From Podospora anserina (Eukaryota): 64,000 bases of DNA. The first letter of the stretch is position 1. Every line of letters begins with the position of its first letter. The notes beneath the pieces were generated by a model that ran no database searches, was not told the origin of the DNA, and was given only the letters and a program-made list of their open reading frames with translations. The stretch lies in contig CM030335.1 in NCBI GenBank assembly GCA_017654855.1, positions 3,782,001-3,846,000 on the forward strand, written 5' to 3'. This document shows positions 23,338 to 34,067 of this stretch, in pieces. The translations under genes were made by a program, and so were the position numbers.

Positions 23338-25456
23338 ATGGATCCCAACAATGACTTCCCCAACAGCACCGTTTTTGTCAAGGTCGACGACGACCAAGAG
23401 ATGAAGGTCAACATGACGGCCCTCATATTTGCGATTGTTGCCCTGATTGGCACCTTTGCACAGGTGCTTCAACAGTACATCGCCTCGGCCGCTGGCTACT
23501 CCAACTGCGGCGAGAGCGTCATGGGCGAATGGCACAAAAGCAAAAAGCGAGCGTTCCGAGCGACCGAGCTGCGATTCGAGGTTCAGTTTGAGACGCCTGT
23601 TATCTTCATCTGCCCGCCGACCAACACCAAAGGTCCCATCCCGGCGAAGCCCATCTACTTTGTCGACGGCTCTGACCAGAGCTTGAAGGATACACGCGCC
23701 TTGCTACCCAAGGATGAGAAGTCGCGGGAGGAGAGGCTTGCGTCGAGCAAGGTGCACACGGCAGACAACGAAAGAGCGACCTGGGTGAACTTGCTTTCCC
23801 AGCTTCAGTCCATGGAGCGGGAGAGTCAAGAATGGCAGAAGGACTTTTACGGCCAGAACCCGCCTCTGAACCCCAGATCCCACATCGGATTTAGAGATCA
23901 CACCCTTGCCATCGCCATGCAGGTCAAGAAGCGCAGCTGGGACAACATGCCGACCGACATCAAGAAGCCGTATGCCACGACAGCCATTTGCCATTTGCTC
24001 GAGCTTGCCGCCATCATGGGCATCTACTGGCAAGAGTTTGACCGATCACGTGACAGGTACCGCGCCGAAGGAAACGGATACATGCTTACGGGAACCAACG
24101 TCAACGACCTTGGCCTCGTCTTCACCTTTCAGATCTGTGGCAAGAGCCGGTTTAAAGAGAACCGTGTGATCCCGGTCGATGAGGTGAAAGACTTGTGCTG
24201 CGGCTTCGTGCCCACCCTCTTCCAGAAGAGCGACAAGGACAAGCGCAGGGTCGAGTTTCCAAATGAGGATGCCAAAGACCTGAGCGTCTTGCAGTTTGGG
24301 AGCATGAACGAGATTGCAGAGACCATGGTGCTTATTGACTGCAATACCAACACGGCCAACTATTTCCGATCCAAGAACACCACTGCCCGGCACAGCCATC
24401 TCTTTCCCGGTAAGTCACGTCTGCCGTCCAGAAGACGAGGCTTCCTCCTGCTAACACAATGCAGTGCCATTTGAGTTGCTTGGTATGCTTGGCAAAACAC
24501 TGCATATCCGCAACAGCGCCTACCGCATGCTGCCGAACCCGACGCCGTATCATTGGGACAAGAACTTCTTCAACCTCCGCAGGTTGATCAAGGAGTACAA
24601 GAAGAAGATTGACGATACAGACTCGGAAATCGCACCGACTCCGCGAATTCAAGACCTCAAGGCGGATGTCGCTGAGCTGGTTTTCGACTTGAACCTCGAC
24701 AAGAAGTCGGCAACTCCAGGCTACTCGCTACCGCTGCTCAACAACCTACACGGGGTGCTTGACAGGTGTGACGTTTATCTCAAGGAAGTAGCCGACATGG
24801 ATCTGGTGCGTATGGTGGTCCGGGAGCACTTCCAAAGGATTCTCAAGATGATCAACGACCCACAAGACAAGCCCGGGGCCAACACCAAGGACGACGGCAA
24901 GCACGCCACCGGGGAAGAGCGCCAGCGGGCAGAACGCTTCTCGGAACTCAGCGCAGCAAGTCCCGAGGTCCGCCAGGAGGCTTTCATGGAACTGTACTTT
25001 TACAGCGTGCTCCCCGAAGTTAGATACCGCGCTGTCACGTCGTATAAGCGACAGCAAACCACTGGATACGCACCCTCGATCCGTTCACGCTCCGGTTCGC
25101 TCGAGACATTGCCAGACATGAAGTCCTTTTCCGAGCCAGTCACCCCTACCGTTGTCTCAACGCCCAACAGGCCACTCTCGCCGGCTCTTGCGCCGCCAGT
25201 CCCGTCCCCAGGCCCGCCCCCGCCCGCATTGGAAAAGCATCGAAGCACCCAATCAGTGCCACTGTTGCGAGTCTCGACACCCACTCCTCCCACGGTGGAC
25301 AAGACGACAAGCCTGGACACAGATGCCACAGATATCTGGTGTACCCTCGTGCTTCGTATGCTCTGTTGGCTGCTGCTGCATGACTTCAACAAGAAGGATG
25401 TGCAGATCCCCAAGAGCGAGCTGCTGGGAAACCGGTTGCCTGTGTACATCGCCTAG
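23338..25456 (+). CDS. mod-A: MOD-A (modin), proline-rich suppressor of non-allelic heterokaryon incompatibility
   Basis: Exons 23338-24409 and 24465-25456 give 687 aa, which is the length I recall for P. anserina MOD-A. It has an N-terminal hydrophobic segment followed by VLQQYIASAAGYSNC and RFEVQFETPVIF, a Pro-rich SH3-ligand-like stretch (PPVPSPGPPPP) and C-terminal IWCTLVLRMLCWLLLHDF..PVYIA. Confidence 0.8.
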
Positions 25457-27116
25457 TTGGCATGTAACAGTGCAGTTTTTACGTTTTACTACATGATCTC
25501 TCTCGCTCTTTTTTTCCTCAAAACTAACGTCATAGTTATTTTGGCGCTTACACGGGCATTTTCGGAGCATGGTATCTGGGGCTATAAAATGGACTCATGA
25601 CGACACTTACGACTTGGTTCTTGCAGTAGAATACCCTTATTTCTTGTTCTTGTTTTTTGGCTTGTATATAGAATCAGCGAGCGAGCAAGCGAGCGTGTCT
25701 TTTATCACTTCTGGAAATATGACGATTCGCGATTTGTTTTGCTTCCTAGGCGTGTGGGTGCGTGGATGTGCGTTTTGGCTAGCACAGCGATCCACGACAG
25801 AGGGCTGGCAGGCTCCACGCAGTCGCCCATTCTTCTGCAGAGGTCGTCATGACCTGCATTGGCTGACCATCCAAACATCCCCCAAGCACAGCAAAGGCGG
25901 AGCTGGTTCGCCACTACCGACTGCTGCGCTGGCGGCATAACTGCACAGAAGGACGGGGAACTTGGATTGGAACAGAGATTGGCGGCCCAAATCAACCCAA
26001 TCGTTACCCGAACATCATCTTCACATCGATATCCTCGCCGGCCGGACCAAGAGCATGCGACTGCGCCAACCCGGTACGGCAAAGACTGAATGTCGGCACA
26101 CACGAGATAAAGCCTGAAGTGGGTCCTGCCAAGGCCCTGTTGCGTTACCTTTTTGATGGAGCTGATGAACTGGCAAAATCGTACCCCACTCTCGATGCTT
26201 TCCTTGGATGTTTGGAACGGGTCTAGCAGTCGGCAGCTGGTCCCCGCTTTGTAAGGAAAGTCAGAGCAAGCGAGTTCATCGTCAGTTTCTCGAGGCGGAG
26301 GGGGAAGAGGGGCCCCCTCGAGGGAAAAAGGAGAAGTTGATGCTGGCCAACCACACCCACCCAGCCCCCCCGTCAGCGCCTGGGGGCCGAGAGTTGGCGG
26401 GGTCCCGGGTCGGTCGGTCAAAGTGGCGGAGGGATCCAATGGCGAGCGGTGTCAGACCGCCTGCGAGTTGCTGGGACTGACTGCGGGGGCATTCCCCCGC
26501 TTCGCCGTGACCGGGGCGGGAGGTGCAGCGGTGAACCAAGCAGCAGCAGCAGGAAATCGAAGAGGTGGAAGCTCGTACAAGCACAAAGGCCCGCGGAAGC
26601 ATCCGCCCCATTCTCATCACAGTGCTCAGCAAGGACATAGTGCTGCCCGATGCGATGTGCCAGCTGTTCCCACTGGGCCTGTCGGTCCAATCACCTCGCC
26701 AGCCCCAGATCACTGCGATCCAATGCAACCAGGAATGTTTGCTGGCGCCGTCGCTCGCCCTCTCCTGAGTGGTCTGGCGGTGGACTTGGAAGCTTGAGGG
26801 CTGGAATGAAACATTTTCCACCCCCCATTTTCCCAGGACTGCTTGACGTCTCCTGCTAATGCGTTGGACCGAATGATATTGGCTCGAGCGAACCAATATC
26901 TGCTTCTCTGCATTCTTGTTTCCTCTGCTTTTTCTTCCTCCCACAAACTTTCACTCACTCTCTGCTCTGCCCCTCTGCGTTGACCACAGAAAACACCCCA
27001 GCCCCCAAAGTAGAGCACTTGCTGGATCAAGGCGCTTACGACAGTACATACCCTCGCTCACCAACACCCCCCCAAAGTCTCGACCGACGTACCCATAGGT
27101 ACACAAACAAGATAAA

Positions 27117-29403
27117 ATGCCTGCCGGCGAGATCGTCACCATCATCAACAACTCGGGCAAGGTGATCAGCACGGTATGTCTTTGCTCTTTTGTTTCTTCC
27201 CCTGAGCACCTGGCCGGCAGCTGGAGAGGGGCACATCCCACCTGGCGCATCGCATTTTCTCGTGTCGCATTGCATCGCTTTGCATGACGGCTACTGACAG
27301 TCAGTTACACAACAGGGCAAGCAACTGGTCAACATCTTCAAGGACGCCCAGGCTGCCTACCGAGAACGCAAAGAAGCCGTCAAGGCCGAAAAAGCACAGC
27401 GCGCCGGCATTCGTCGCGCTCAGACCTTCGATGTCAATCTGACCCGCGGCGGTCCCTACTCGGAGGACTTCAACTACACCCATGGCCCGGGAAAGGGAGG
27501 GTTCATCATCGAGGAGATTGACGACGAGAAAGAGAAGGAATATGAACGGCGGATGATTGGGGCGCCGCCCGGACGGCGGAGATCACACGAGGACGACGAC
27601 GACGGCCGAAGCCATGCATCATCGAGGTTCACCACCCGCTCCAAGCGGACCTCGTGCCGCCAACAGGCTCTGCCGGCCCCCGCAGGTCCAGTCTCTGCCG
27701 CGGCACCGAGGACGGTTGTTTCCCTGACAGAATCCGCGCTCAAGGCCCACTCCGAGATATCCGCCGCCGCACCCTCCAAGGCGCCGTCCAAAGCCCCGTC
27801 CGCCGCCCCCGGCCCGGGCGCCCTTGTTCACCGGTCCCGAACCGAGCCTGTCGTAAACACGGTCAAAAAGAAGAAGTCCATCGATATGGACCTTGCCTAC
27901 GGCAGCATTCCTCCCGATCTTGCCCAGCGCCACGACCTCGCCCCCAAGAACGTGCCCATCTCCCGCTCTATCGGCCCGACCGCCATTACCATGACAGACC
28001 GAGAGACAGAAGTAGACCCGCAGGTAGATATTGACCCACAGGAGGCCGAAGCGCTTGGCTTGATGGACAAGATCGAGGAGTTCCTGCAAGAGGCCGACTG
28101 TGTGCACGCCTCGGCCACAAACATGATTGAGTCACTTCAGCAAAAGCCCGAAGCTGCTGCCGCCGTCGCTCTGTCCCTTGCCGAGCTCAGCGCCCTCGTG
28201 GGAAAGATGAGCCCAGCCTTCTTGGCTTTTTTGAAAGGAGGGTCCCCAGCCGTATTTGCCTTGTTGGCTAGCCCGCAATTCTTGATTGGGGCGGGAGTGG
28301 CAGCGGGGATTACGGTGGTCATGTTTGGTGGGTGGAAGATTGTCAAGAAGATGACCGGCAACGCTCCGCCCTTGAAGGAGCAGCCCATTGCAATGAGGGC
28401 GCTGCCGATGGCGTCGGGTGCCCAGCAACATCAACAAAGGTTACAGGAACTCGAGGGCCAGGCCGAACAGCAAAGCGAGGCAAGTTATCAGGAACCGTTG
28501 GTCGTGGATGACGTGCAGGAGTTGAGCTCGATCGAAATGTGGAGGAGGGGTATCGAGCCCGCTTTTGTCGAGGGAACCACGGTGGCAGGTGATGATGCGG
28601 CTGAGATTGAGATGATGAGCAGGGAGGCCGAAAAATACGCCCGAGAGAACTTCCGCAGCAACAAGTACGACATCGAGGTCGAACCCTCAGACTCGGTTAG
28701 TCAGATCGGTTGGTCACCGTCAAAGAGTATGCGAACCTACAAGACGTACAAGTCCCGATCTAGCCGACATCACTCCACATCGAAGAGGAACAGGGAGGAT
28801 AGGATGACCGAGGTTTCGGTTGATGATGTCCCTGAGCGAAGGAGCTCAAGAAAGGACGACGGGGAGAGCGTGGCCGGCAGCGAAAGGAGCCACCGAGGCT
28901 CCAGGAAAACCAGAGATTCCAAAGACAGAGATGGGGCTGAGTCTGCCGTGAGTGACCGGAGCCACCGTAGCAGCACCAGCAGGAGGGATCACCGGGAGAA
29001 GGAGAGGGATAGGGACCACTCCAGGCTGGAGGGGATCAACGAAAAGGACGAGGGGTCGAGTGTTGCCGGTAACGAGAGGAGTCACCGCAGCAAGCGCGAG
29101 AGGGAGAGGGAGAGAGAACATAAAAGTGAGAAGAAGAACGACAAGGATGACGATGGCAGTGTCGCCAGCTTCCGAAGTGCTCGAAGCACCAGAAGCCATC
29201 GTGAAAAAGAGAGAGACAGAGACGACAACAGTTCCAGTGTCTCGAGATCCTCGAAGCACATCAGCAGCAAGGTCACCCCCGTCAAGGAGGAAGGTGCTGA
29301 CGAGAAGGATGACAGAATCAAGAAGCCGAACATGTTGAAGCAATTGTTCAAAAAGCTGAAGGACAAGGAGGACCGGGACTCGGTTGTCTCCGTGATGGCC
29401 TGA
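27117..29403 (+). CDS. Conserved fungal hypothetical protein with a hydrophobic hairpin and a highly charged R/S/E/D C-terminus
   Basis: Exon 1 MPAGEIVTIINNSGKVIST, intron about 27174-27315, then a long open frame containing IDMDLAYG and GGSPAVFALLASPQFLIG..VMFGGWKIVK. Confidence 0.7.
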
Positions 29404-29739
29404 GCTGAACGATTTTCTTTCCGTCTCTTTTACCCGTTTTCTTTTGCTTTATTTGCATCAGTTAAACCGCCTGCCTGCCTACGCATCCGTCGGTGGGAAA
29501 TCTTTTTTTTTTTGAGTCAAGGCTTGACATTACAAGTCGATACCATACCTTATGATACGACACATAGTTTGCATGGAATACCACCACATAACAACCATCT
29601 TGCCTAGATCCAGGTACATAGAAATACTACCTTACTTTATTAGATTCGCATGCCGCGTCTCTTTCTTATCTATTACATTCCCTTCAAACTAATCTGCGGT
29701 GTAGCGAAGAGTATTTTGTCTAACTGGATGGGTGCCTTT

Positions 29740-30256
29740 GTCACACGTTATCAAATAATCGGCCATATTACGGCCCAACAGTACGTCGAGAGTTGGTGGT
29801 TAAAAGTAAGGCAGGTAATTAAGTATTTCGCGGTTATTAAAGGGATGGTATCAGCTATAGAGTATATGAAACGATTTATTAGTAATTTAAGGCTATTAGG
29901 ATACGGCCAATTAGAATACGGGCTATTTGTTAATAAATATATATATATATCTAAAAGAGTTTGCTGAAAGAGTGCTGTTAATGCCTGTTAAATATAGGCT
30001 TGAACAGCTATCGGCGCAGTATACTGAGAGCGAAGAAGACTTTAACTGCAGTATTCGACAGGAGCGGAGGCACTAAAGGAAGATAGATTGCAGAGACGGC
30101 GCCCTACCATACATAGAAGGTATTCACTATTGTGTAGGCTTGTAAAGCACAGAAAATATATAGTAAACCTGTATATTAATGAAACTTAGACTAAGAAATA
30201 TCATAGTGAATAGCGTCTAAGGTAAAGGTTTTATACAAGCCTTCGGTTTATCGATC
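29740..30256. mobile_element. AT-rich, TpA-rich degenerate repeat remnant (probable RIP-mutated transposon fragment)
   Basis: Abrupt rise in AT and TA dinucleotides, a (TA)n run at about 29937-29950, no credible ORF, and direct adjacency to a solo LTR. Confidence 0.5.
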
Positions 30257-30697
30257 TGTGACGAACCCCCATCCAGAACCTCTGAAAGGGATACTAGTCG
30301 AAGGCACTTCTGAACAATCCTGGTTCAGTACAGCTAAACAGTGTACAACAAATAGCTTGTCTCAATCACAATAGTCTAGATACCAACAACTGTTACTTGA
30401 ATTGCATACTGCGGAACTGTCTATCTATACCAGCCAGTTCCCCCGTACATATAGACCAGTGGATCACCTGAATCACCATGCCAAGCGTGATTCTGGATCA
30501 CTTCTCCCAGCGTTGGATCACCGTGGATCGTGGTGCCAAGAGTGATCCTGGATCACTCCCGTCACCTTAGGATCACTTGGATCACCACGCTCCCGGCGCT
30601 CCCAGGCGCTCCACTTCCTATTGGTTCCCTTAACGATTAGCTGGGCGCCCTCGTGCTCCACATACTGCTCAACCTGCCTGTTGGCTTAACTGTGACA
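30257..30697 (-). mobile_element. Solo LTR of an LTR retrotransposon (possibly the Podospora crapaud family)
   Basis: TG...CA termini (TGTGAC...GTGACA) and near-perfect 5-bp flanks CGATC/AGATC. The reverse complement matches the ends and the 3' half of the 30954-31373 copy. Confidence 0.8.
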
Positions 30698-30953
30698 AGA
30701 TCGCTTCCCGAAACTCTCTCTAACCTCGAGTCCGAACGTCCGCAAGGTGCGTGGTTTAAGATAAGGTTATAGGCTACGTTGCACTATCGTTTTACATTTA
30801 TAGGGTGCTAGCCTTAGTGCCTGGCCTGCTGGGACTTCGGATTGCCTCAACGGAGCTGAGTTCTACTCCGGTTGCCGTAATCTCTGGACTTTAGTGAGCA
30901 CTATTGTTCTAAGCTATTGTATTGCTTCTGAGGCCCTATATTCCACAAGGCTC

Positions 30954-31373
30954 TGTCACAGTTAAGCCAAACAGGCAGGACGGACCGTGTGCGGGGCACA
31001 AGACGCACAGCCAATCGCTAGCAGGACCAATCAGGACAAGGATACGCGATCATGGACAGCAGACTGGGAAGACACAGTGATCGCGGCAACACAACCAATA
31101 GGGAGCCACGGAGGATCATAGCGATCATTGTGATCATTGGGAGCGAGCGGAATGATCACTATGATCAGGGCTTGGCACGAGGTCTATATATACGGAGGAA
31201 CTGGCTGGTGTAGATAGACAGTTCCGCAGTATGCAATTCAAGCTTGTATTCACGGCATCTTGTGTTTACATCGAGACATCTTGTTGTGCACTGTTTAGCT
31301 GCACCGAACCAATTGTCAGAAGTTACCTTCAACCCGTATCCCTTTCAGAGGTTCTGTACAGGGGTTCGTCACA
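30954..31373 (+). mobile_element. Solo LTR, same family as 30257-30697 but inverted and with a divergent 5' half
   Basis: Begins TGTCACAGTTAAGCCAA and ends GGGGTTCGTCACA. Shares GGAACTGGCTGGT..AGATAGACAGTTCCGCAGTATGCAATTCAAG and TATCCCTTTCAGAGGTTCTG with the other copy. TATA-like TATATATA at about 31186. No TSD is evident. Confidence 0.8.
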
Positions 31374-31704
31374 AATATTAATTATATCTAAGTAGGCTCA
31401 GTAGTGGTAAAAAGCCTGATATTCCTGGGTCACGCTCAGTGAAAAATTGTAAAATGGACTTAGACTTGCTAACGCTATTGGATTTAGTGGGTTCTGATTG
31501 GCCGGCTCAGGGGGGTGTGGGCCTGTAGAGCAAAGAGCACATCCAACAGCAAGCTGGTCTGAGCTCTGAGACTACTCGATGCACCATGGGCTTGTTACGC
31601 ATGCGACATTCTGGACCGCGTTTATAGAAGACCGCGTGTCCTCAAATGCATAAGGTAGCGGTGAACAGTCGACCGGTCAGTGCAGACATTCCTTATGTAC
31701 CTCC

Positions 31705-33681
31705 TTACACCAAATTTGCAACGATCTCCTCCCCTTGATCATCCCACTGCCCCTGTCTAGAGCCCGCTAGTCCAATTCTCTCATACAAACCCAACGTCTT
31801 GTCAACACAACGCAGCACAAGCCCAATCTCCTCCAGCGGTCTGTTCGACGGATTACTCCCCTCGACAGGATTCCTCCCAAGATGCAGCCACCACACCATT
31901 TCCCCATCGGAAATGACAATGCTGTCCCCGCTTTCAGAAGGGGGAGGGTAGTCCGAGGCAAAATTGAACGTTCCAGACGCGGCTCCAAAGCTAGCCTCGA
32001 ACCAAGCGTTGTAAAACTTCTTTCTGTCGCGTGCCACGGCAGGGTCTTTGCTCTTGGTTGATATGCCCTTGAGTGCTTTCCCTTTGAGGGTGATACAATG
32101 TCGCGTCGATTCTAGATCAAGTGCCGCTGAAGTCATCGTGGAGGGGACTGCAAACGCAGGTGGTGGGATAATGTCTAGAACTTCAGTTGTTGCACTATCC
32201 ACCCAGTGAAGTGGCCACATGCAGATCGCGTCTGCGACGGTTGTCCAAGACCATGTCGGCCCTGGGAGTCGCGGTTCTGCAGTAGTGCCTGGTCTGACTG
32301 GACCGGCCACCACTACCGCTGTTACTTCCCAGGCCAAGTCCCCCACAAGAGAATCCGACCAAAGTCCAGAGAGGTAAACGGAATTTTTGGGACGCGTGAG
32401 TGTCATGTGCTCCTTTGCCAGGCCTAGTATAGCTGGGCCACGGTCGGTGGAAAACGTCAGTTGTTGCTGAGTGTACCAGTATATCATCCTTCGCCACATG
32501 TCGTGATGGGCTGAGGTTGGAAAATTTGGGGCCAGTGCAGAGGTGGGATTGCGACTCCGGGAAGACTTCAAATGCGGCAGGGTGGCGTAGATAGTGTTTG
32601 GGTCACACTCACACCACGCCTTCTCCATGCACTCCCAGTTGAGCTCGTCGTATCCAAAGTGGAGGATCCGCCTCGAGAGAAGCCGTTCCTGGAAGACCCA
32701 GGCGCGTTGAAGTAGGGGATAATGAGTCGACGAAGAGACATGAGGGCCCTCGGCACGGACTGCCACAGTGATGCTTGGATCTCCGTCTACCGTGACGCTA
32801 TGCTGAAAGTCAGGAAATAGGGTGTCCGTGCACCCCTCATCGCAGCGCGTGGCAGATATGGTGAGAAGAGCGTTGCTGTAGATGGAACACATTTCTGGTG
32901 CTTGTTTTGACCAGTCATCGTGGTCATCCTGGATGATACAGAGGCTATCAATCCAGAGGTATCGAGTTTCAAGCTCACGGGTGACAGTGATGGCGTCTCG
33001 AAAGGCTTGAGGAACGTGCTTCCACGGGATCGTCTGCTTCCAATTGCCGATCGTTCCCTTGGTAGTGGTGAGAGGCTGTGTCTGTCCCCAACGATGGCTC
33101 AGGGCAATGTACCTCCCTTTTGCCCCCTCTGGCGTCTCATATAGACGCAACTGTCCATGTCCATCCGGCGGTGAAACGTCAAGAACCCTTTTTGGCAACT
33201 TTGTCGTATCTTCATCGACCCCTTCTGAATAGGAGTTGCAGTCAGAGTGATTGTCACGACATGCTGTCAACCAGGATGTGGCAATGGTAACTTTTCCATC
33301 AAGGCTAAGATCCCGTTTGTTCTGGGGTAATGGCGGCAGTGGCCAGTCACAAAAGCTGCCATCATCCGGCTTGAATAGCTTGATGATGTTTTGGTAGACG
33401 ATGCTCAAATGGAATGCACCAGTGAATGTGCATTGGCCATTTTCACCCCAAACCTTGGCTGGCTGGCACAAAAAAGAGACATAAAAAGGTTGCGGAGGAA
33501 AGCAACTTGCTGCCTTCAAAAACACTCGACAAGTCCTGCATCCTGACTCTGCAGCAGTGACCATGTCATCCCAGGCAGCGTCATGTTGCCACCCAGGATG
33601 GCTCACACTCCACGACTCTGGAGAGTGTAATAGATCGACGAATCCATCACATATTCCGCCGGGGCATTGGGACGTTGCCAT
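31705..33681 (-). CDS. HET-domain (heterokaryon incompatibility, PF06985-type) protein
   Basis: Contains WLTACRDNHSDC, LPKRVLDV, YIALSHRWG, FRDAITVTR, YLWIDSLCIIQDD..DW, MCSIYSNALLTISA, PLLQRAWVFQERLLSRRILHF and PTWSW. Intronless. The start is placed at MATSQC; an upstream in-frame ATG lies at 33804. Confidence 0.9.
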   Translation of the reverse strand: MATSQCPGGICDGFVDLLHSPESWSVSHPGWQHDAAWDDMVTAAESGCRTCRVFLKAASCFPPQPFYVSFLCQPAKVWGENGQCTFTGAFHLSIVYQNIIKLFKPDDGSFCDWPLPPLPQNKRDLSLDGKVTIATSWLTACRDNHSDCNSYSEGVDEDTTKLPKRVLDVSPPDGHGQLRLYETPEGAKGRYIALSHRWGQTQPLTTTKGTIGNWKQTIPWKHVPQAFRDAITVTRELETRYLWIDSLCIIQDDHDDWSKQAPEMCSIYSNALLTISATRCDEGCTDTLFPDFQHSVTVDGDPSITVAVRAEGPHVSSSTHYPLLQRAWVFQERLLSRRILHFGYDELNWECMEKAWCECDPNTIYATLPHLKSSRSRNPTSALAPNFPTSAHHDMWRRMIYWYTQQQLTFSTDRGPAILGLAKEHMTLTRPKNSVYLSGLWSDSLVGDLAWEVTAVVVAGPVRPGTTAEPRLPGPTWSWTTVADAICMWPLHWVDSATTEVLDIIPPPAFAVPSTMTSAALDLESTRHCITLKGKALKGISTKSKDPAVARDRKKFYNAWFEASFGAASGTFNFASDYPPPSESGDSIVISDGEMVWWLHLGRNPVEGSNPSNRPLEEIGLVLRCVDKTLGLYERIGLAGSRQGQWDDQGEEIVANLV

Positions 33682-34067
33682 GGTGACGGATAGGGGTGAA
33701 AACAGGTATAGAAAGGAGGCCGCAGTGGAATTTTCAAGAACTGCACGAGCAGTCATCAAACATATAGATTCTTCACTGACCGCAGTGCGACTGAGGGGTT
33801 GCATAAGTTGCTGCCCTGGCTCTTGGCAGCGCCTGACGAGAAATGTGGGGCAGACTCAGGGGCTTACTCAGGGGCTGGTGTGGGGCTTTATCTCCTGGCT
33901 TAACCCTAAGCCTTTCGCACGCAGTGGTACCTTGATAAATACAGACAAACAAAACGTCAAAGGATGGCCATTACGGATACAATAACCGTCCGACAACTTC
34001 ATTTTCAGATCTCATTGGTAGCAACACCTTCGAACCAAATGTAGAAATATCACACAGCAATCCCTCC

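Noticed and set aside
25570-27100. Overlapping 100-240 aa ORFs on both strands
   Set aside because: No recognisable motifs, and they look like chance ORFs in GC-rich intergenic or UTR DNA.
30257-31373. Full-length LTR retrotransposon
   Set aside because: The LTRs are inverted rather than direct, and no gag or pol sequence lies between them.
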